From positions 1-12,055 of the forward strand of contig JBBCAV010000081.1 of NCBI GenBank assembly GCA_051382305.1: DNA of 12,055 bases, in the 5' to 3' direction. Every line of letters begins with the position of its first letter. Within the stretch, counting starts at the first letter, position 1. Shown one piece after another: positions 8,236-12,055 of the stretch. Origin of the DNA: Bdellovibrionota bacterium FG-2. Lineage in GTDB: Bacteria > Bdellovibrionota > UBA1018. The notes below the pieces were generated by a model. That model was not told where the DNA came from, did not search any database, and saw only the letters and a program-made list of their open reading frames with translations. Made by a program: the position numbers and the translations under genes.

Positions 8236-9097
8236 TCCAATTGAGTCCCTTCTTCAGAAATACTGGCCTAAAAATGCCCAAGAATATGAAAATGCCCTGA
8301 AAGAAGTGATGCAAGAACTCACATTAGCGGGGCTCTCCCGGGCTAAGTTTTTTGACAAAGGGGCCTTTTATGGGGGAACCGCGCTTCGTGTCTTCTATGG
8401 TTTGCCACGCTTTTCTGAGGACTTGGACTTCACGCTTTTTAAGACGGATCCAGGATTCAAATTAAAACCCTATTTTTCAGTCATACAGCAGACGCTTGAG
8501 TCTTTTGGTTTTGATGTCGTAATAGAAGAAGTTACCAAAGGTGAAAGTCGAAAGGTCGAATCAGCATTTCTAAAGGCGAATACACAAATTCACCTACTCA
8601 AAATTAGTGCTGCGAGCGCCCTTGCGCGCAAAGTGCAGTCGAACAAACTGATGGCTGTAAAATTTGAAGTAGATGTTTATCCGCCTGTGGGATTTGAAAC
8701 TGAGGTGAAACCTTTGTTCCCGCCGATCACCGCGTCTGTAACTGTACTTAAGTCGAGTTCACTTTTCGCAGGCAAAATGCACGCTGTTCTTTTTCGAGAG
8801 TGGAAAAACAGAGTGAAAGGCCGCGACTTCTATGATTTGCTTTGGTTCCTGGGGCAAAATATCCCTTTGAACCTTCGCTATCTTGGACAAAAAATGCAGG
8901 AAGGGGGCAAATTGGCCAAGGACGCTAGCCTTACCCGCGAGACGGTTGTGAGTCTGCTCGAAGAAAAAATAGCGTCTCTAGATTGGGATAAAGCAAAGAG
9001 TGATGTGACCCAGTTCCTTCGAACCCCCGTAGAGGTGGAGCCGTGGTCGCAGGAGTTCTTTATGTCGGTGATTCCGCGGTTGAAAACTGAGGAATAG
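8228..9097 (+). CDS. abiEii: Type IV TA toxin, AbiEii/AbiGii-family nucleotidyltransferase
   Basis: FYGGTALRVFYGLPRFSEDLDF (GGTAL and RxSEDLDF NTase motifs), AGKMHA and KGRDFYDL. Confidence 0.92.
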   Translation: MASPIESLLQKYWPKNAQEYENALKEVMQELTLAGLSRAKFFDKGAFYGGTALRVFYGLPRFSEDLDFTLFKTDPGFKLKPYFSVIQQTLESFGFDVVIEEVTKGESRKVESAFLKANTQIHLLKISAASALARKVQSNKLMAVKFEVDVYPPVGFETEVKPLFPPITASVTVLKSSSLFAGKMHAVLFREWKNRVKGRDFYDLLWFLGQNIPLNLRYLGQKMQEGGKLAKDASLTRETVVSLLEEKIASLDWDKAKSDVTQFLRTPVEVEPWSQEFFMSVIPRLKTEE

Positions 9098-9283
9098 GTC
9101 CGCTAGCAATTGATTTCTAAGCGAGCGGCCACAATAAGCTCAAGATGCGGTGGGACTCTCTGCAGCCGCACGGCAAGGGGGTAAAATAGTTGCGAACGGA
9201 AAGTGGCTCCCAAATTGAAAGGGGGAGAAGATTATTTTTAGGGGTCCGAGTTTTATAGAAAAGTACGCGCGCGTCGATTCATC

Positions 9284-9310
9284 TGAGGTCTGAGATAAAA
9301 CAAGACCTCA
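9284..9310. repeat. Perfect 8-bp inverted repeat with 11-nt spacer
   Basis: TGAGGTCT (9284-9291) ... AGACCTCA (9303-9310) in the abiEii-hicA intergenic region. Function unknown. Confidence 0.5.
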
Positions 9311-9465
9311 CATTGTCAAAAAAACCAAGCGATAGCCCAAAAACGGCTTCCGCATTTGACCTATAAGACGTCATTGCAGCGCAGATAAGGATAAAATGCT
9401 ATCCGTTTTGGCTCTGGATTTTATTTGCCCGCATTAATGGAACTGTCGTTTCCGACAAACTAGAC

Positions 9466-9495
9466 TTGACATGGGCAGCATATATGCTGTAGTGT
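9466..9495 (+). promoter_or_regulatory. Putative sigma70 promoter of hicAB with palindromic operator
   Basis: Perfect TTGACA (9466-9471), 18-nt spacer, TAGTGT (9490-9495). Perfect 14-bp palindrome CAGCATATATGCTG (9476-9489) lies between the hexamers. Confidence 0.7.
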
Positions 9496-9504
9496 GGCTG
9501 GTAG

Positions 9505-9696
9505 ATGCCAATCTCGGGTAAGAGGATTATCAAAATTTTGCTCCAGCGGGGTTGGGTGATCAAAAGCCAAAGGGGCTCACATGTGAAGCTCTCTAAAGAC
9601 GGAAAACTTACGGAAGTCCCCCTACATGGAAATCACGACCTAGGACGGGGCTTAATTCGGGCTATTGAAAAGCAAACAGGAGAGAAATTGCTATGA
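9505..9696 (+). CDS. hicA: Type II TA toxin, HicA-family mRNA interferase
   Basis: 63 aa and basic, with GW, RGSH (catalytic His), VPLHGNHDL and GLIRAIEKQTG. ATGA overlap with hicB. Confidence 0.93.
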   Translation: MPISGKRIIKILLQRGWVIKSQRGSHVKLSKDGKLTEVPLHGNHDLGRGLIRAIEKQTGEKLL

Positions 9697-10118
9697 TTCG
9701 ATACCAGGCCAAGATTTATCAAGATGGGAAAAGGTTTTCCGTAGAGTTTCCAGATCTTCCTGGTTGTTTCAGCGATGGTGCCACATTTGAGGAGGCCAGG
9801 GAAAACGCCCGCGAAGCAGTTAGCCTTTATCTTGAAGAGGCCAGAGATCCAAAATGGGAAGTTCCTGAGCCACGGGTTCGACAAGGAAAGGAACTCGAAT
9901 GGATTACTCCATCTGAGGATGTAGCGATTCCGCTTATGATTAGACAGGCTCGCCTCAAGCATGGTCTTTCTCAACGTGATCTCGCTAAACTTTTGAAAAT
10001 GACCGTTCAGCAACTTCAGAAACTAGAGACTCCGGGGAAATCGAACCCCACCGTAAGAACTCTCGCCGCAATTACGGAAGTGCTCGATGAAAAGTTGGAA
10101 ATTAAACTGATCGCCTAA
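9693..10118 (+). CDS. hicB: Type II TA antitoxin HicB with C-terminal XRE-type HTH
   Basis: N-terminal VEFPDLPGCFSDGATFEEARENAREA. C-terminal IRQARLKHGLSQRDLAKLL...LETPGKSNPTVRTL. Confidence 0.93.
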   Translation: MIRYQAKIYQDGKRFSVEFPDLPGCFSDGATFEEARENAREAVSLYLEEARDPKWEVPEPRVRQGKELEWITPSEDVAIPLMIRQARLKHGLSQRDLAKLLKMTVQQLQKLETPGKSNPTVRTLAAITEVLDEKLEIKLIA

Positions 10119-10323
10119 TAGGTGGTATGTGCTATCAAAATCTTTACTATCGTAATATTAATCTGAAGTACTGGCCTTATTTATTCAACAATGCTCATCA
10201 AATAGTTGAAATTCAACGAATGCGCGGAATTATTGAGCTTTAACGTCCGTCGCTGGCACTCGGAGATAGCGTCAATGAATCTTGGGGTAGCGGCCCAACG
10301 GAAAAAAACACAGCTTAGGAGCT

Positions 10324-10343
10324 GTGCCTTGCAAGGCACTTTT
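10324..10343 (+). terminator. Putative intrinsic terminator or palindromic site
   Basis: Perfect 16-bp palindrome GTGCCTTGCAAGGCAC (10324-10339) followed by TTTT, between converging transcription units. Confidence 0.55.
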
Positions 10344-10354
10344 GGTTGACTGTC

Positions 10355-10552
10355 TTACTCCGCCCGAGCCGATTCCAAGCGCCCGACGTGCGGAGGTCTA
10401 CCGAAGACGACGAGGCCCTCGTGAGCCATGTCGCCAATATCATCGGGGCGCGGCCCTTTCTTCTTCACTAACTTCTTGGCTTCAGCGCGAACCTCCTTCA
10501 GTGATTTGCTTGCGGCACACTGCCGAAACGCCTCGAGCAAGACTTCACTCAC
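10355..10552 (-). CDS. Small basic hypothetical ORF or gene remnant (65 aa)
   Basis: GTG start 85 nt downstream of the ATPase stop on the same strand. Amphipathic Lys-rich segment, no clear SD, and the stop lies just before the palindrome. Confidence 0.3.
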   Translation of the reverse strand: MSEVLLEAFRQCAASKSLKEVRAEAKKLVKKKGPRPDDIGDMAHEGLVVFGRPPHVGRLESARAE

Positions 10553-10637
10553 GGATCAACGCTCATCTTGTGAGTCAAGTCTATTGGGCGCGACATCGCC
10601 GGAACCCGGCTGAGTGGCTTAACGCAGGGATTGATTT

Positions 10638-11824
10638 CTAGATTGTCTTCCAATCGCTTGTGGGCATGATGCGCTTCATGAATTCATCGAATAAAGGGAC
10701 CGTAAAAGCCGTGTCTCCATGATTGGGGCTCCAGATCATCCCTTTGTCGATTAGTTCACTGCGAGTCGGGCCAAACGACGAAACTTCACGACCCAAGATC
10801 TTGGCGATATCGCCCGAGCGATGAGGTCCGGGGCCGAGTTCTGCCATGGCGCGAAGATAACGTTTCTGTAGGGGGGTGAGACGATCGAACCGCACGCGAA
10901 AGAAACTCTCATCAAGGGCCGCTATCGCTTCGATAGATGCGGCTTTTACATCTGCAAGGGTGATGGAACTTGCTTGAGCCACATCCCATGCGTGTTTGCC
11001 CCACTCCTGCAAAAAATAAGGATAGCCTCGGGCTTGCACCACAATTTCTTTTATCGCATCGGGAGCAAAGGTTACGCTCTGGATCTCCGCCGGCTTAACC
11101 AGTGCTTGCTCTGCTGCAAAATCATTGAGAGGGCCAATCATAGGATAATCGAATAGTCGTTCGGCATACGACTTGGCATTGCCGGCGCGGCCGCGAAGCT
11201 GTGGTAAACCTGCCCCGACAACACAAACTGGCAGCCTCTGCTGTGTGCATCTATGTAATGCGCTAATCAGCGCGGCAAACTCAGACTCTTCGACATATTG
11301 AAGTTCATCAACAAAAAGGACCAAAGCAGTCTTGGCTTGCTTGGCTGCGCGTCCGATTTCTTCAAGAAGCATGACTAGGTCTAATTCTAGGTCTCCATTG
11401 TCAGCAAGTCCTGGCTCTGCTTCGAAGTCGAAACCTACTTCGATGTCGCTGAACTTAACTTTGAGCGCTTTGGCGAATCCAGCGAGTCCTCTTAGGGCAC
11501 GGGTGGCGGTTTCTTTAACCCCCTCAACGCGGCTTAAGCGAAGTAGAGCGAGCCGCAATTGGGGTGCAAGGATTGCCGGAAGTGATCGCCCCTCAGGCGC
11601 TTCGATTCGAACGGTATGTACGCCAGTTGCCTCAGCATCACCGCGCATCTGATCAAAGAGAACTGTCTTCCCGACGCCGCGCAATCCAACTATTAAGATA
11701 CTTTTTGCAGGATTTCCGAGGCGTATTCGCGCGATCGCAATTCTAATCGAATTCCTTAGGTCGTCGCGGCCAGCCAGTTCTGGCGGAGGTGTCCCTGCGC
11801 CAGGGGAGTAAGGGTTTCTAATAG
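10638..11824 (-). pseudogene. P-loop ATP-binding protein (AAA_16/ATPase_2-like with C-terminal wHTH), 5' end apparently disrupted
   Basis: The frame stays open upstream of the TTG at 11684 and reads IRNPYSPGAGTPPPELAGRDDL...ILIVGLRGVGKT (Walker A). Walker B LFVDELQ, GYPYFLQ and a C-terminal wHTH-like segment follow. There is no ATG/GTG/TTG between 11685 and the in-frame stop at 11952-11954. Confidence 0.72.
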
Positions 11825-12055
11825 CAATGGCAGCCGGATAAGCCCGTTCACCTCGCCGCCGTCGGCGTGATCTGATAAAATTGTTGCGGATTTTAGGATG
11901 GAGGGTACAAATAAAAAAAGCCCTGAGGAAGATTCCGAGCTTTAAATAACGTTACTTTAACTACCCCAACGGAGGGAACGATCATGACACGCCCTCGTCG
12001 CAGCAGCCCAACATAAAGTCTCATCTCTGGTTCATAAAAACAAGCAAAAACTCCT
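11825..12055 (+). mobile_element. Putative end of an IS4-family-like insertion sequence (partial)
   Basis: Begins where ATPase-like sequence stops. CAATGGCAGCCGGATAAG resembles the IS4 terminal repeat as I recall it (TAATGCCGATCAGTTAAG, 11/18). Followed by non-coding sequence and GGAGGG-n7-ATG at 11984. No transposase is visible in the window. Confidence 0.42.

Noticed and set aside
9633..10013. 126-aa ORF antisense to hicAB
   Set aside because: Lies entirely opposite two well-supported genes and has no motif.
10554..10589. attC-like ends (GCCCAAT...GTTGATC on the - strand) suggesting integron cassettes
   Set aside because: Only 36 bp, the boxes are not complementary, there are no repeated sites and no integrase.
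10324..10641. 105-aa + strand ORF
   Set aside because: Starts inside the palindrome, has Arg/Pro-rich non-coding-like composition and no recognisable domain.

Overview
The window has two parts. (1) 116-7423 is a minus-strand run of nine mostly overlapping genes: a membrane-anchored M13/neprilysin-like zinc peptidase, a small lipoprotein, three nucleotide-salvage genes (tdk, a divergent uracil-PRTase-like gene, hpt), an HddA-like GHMP sugar kinase, a DUF429/RNase H-like protein with a Cys cluster and a 7 x 9-bp in-frame repeat, and the ABC permeases OppB and OppC without ATPase or binding-protein genes. (2) 7490-12055 is an accessory, defence-island-like block: an AbiEi/AbiEii type IV toxin-antitoxin pair and a HicA/HicB type II pair, each with an inverted repeat over its predicted promoter, then a convergent P-loop ATPase whose start codon appears to have been removed by an IS4-like element at the right edge. 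I saw no tRNA, rRNA or CRISPR array. Gene content suggests a Bdellovibrionota-like host (inference only). All family calls come from motif recognition, not database searches. The best candidate for an undescribed system is the salvage operon, whose UPRT-like, GHMP and DUF429-like members look non-canonical.
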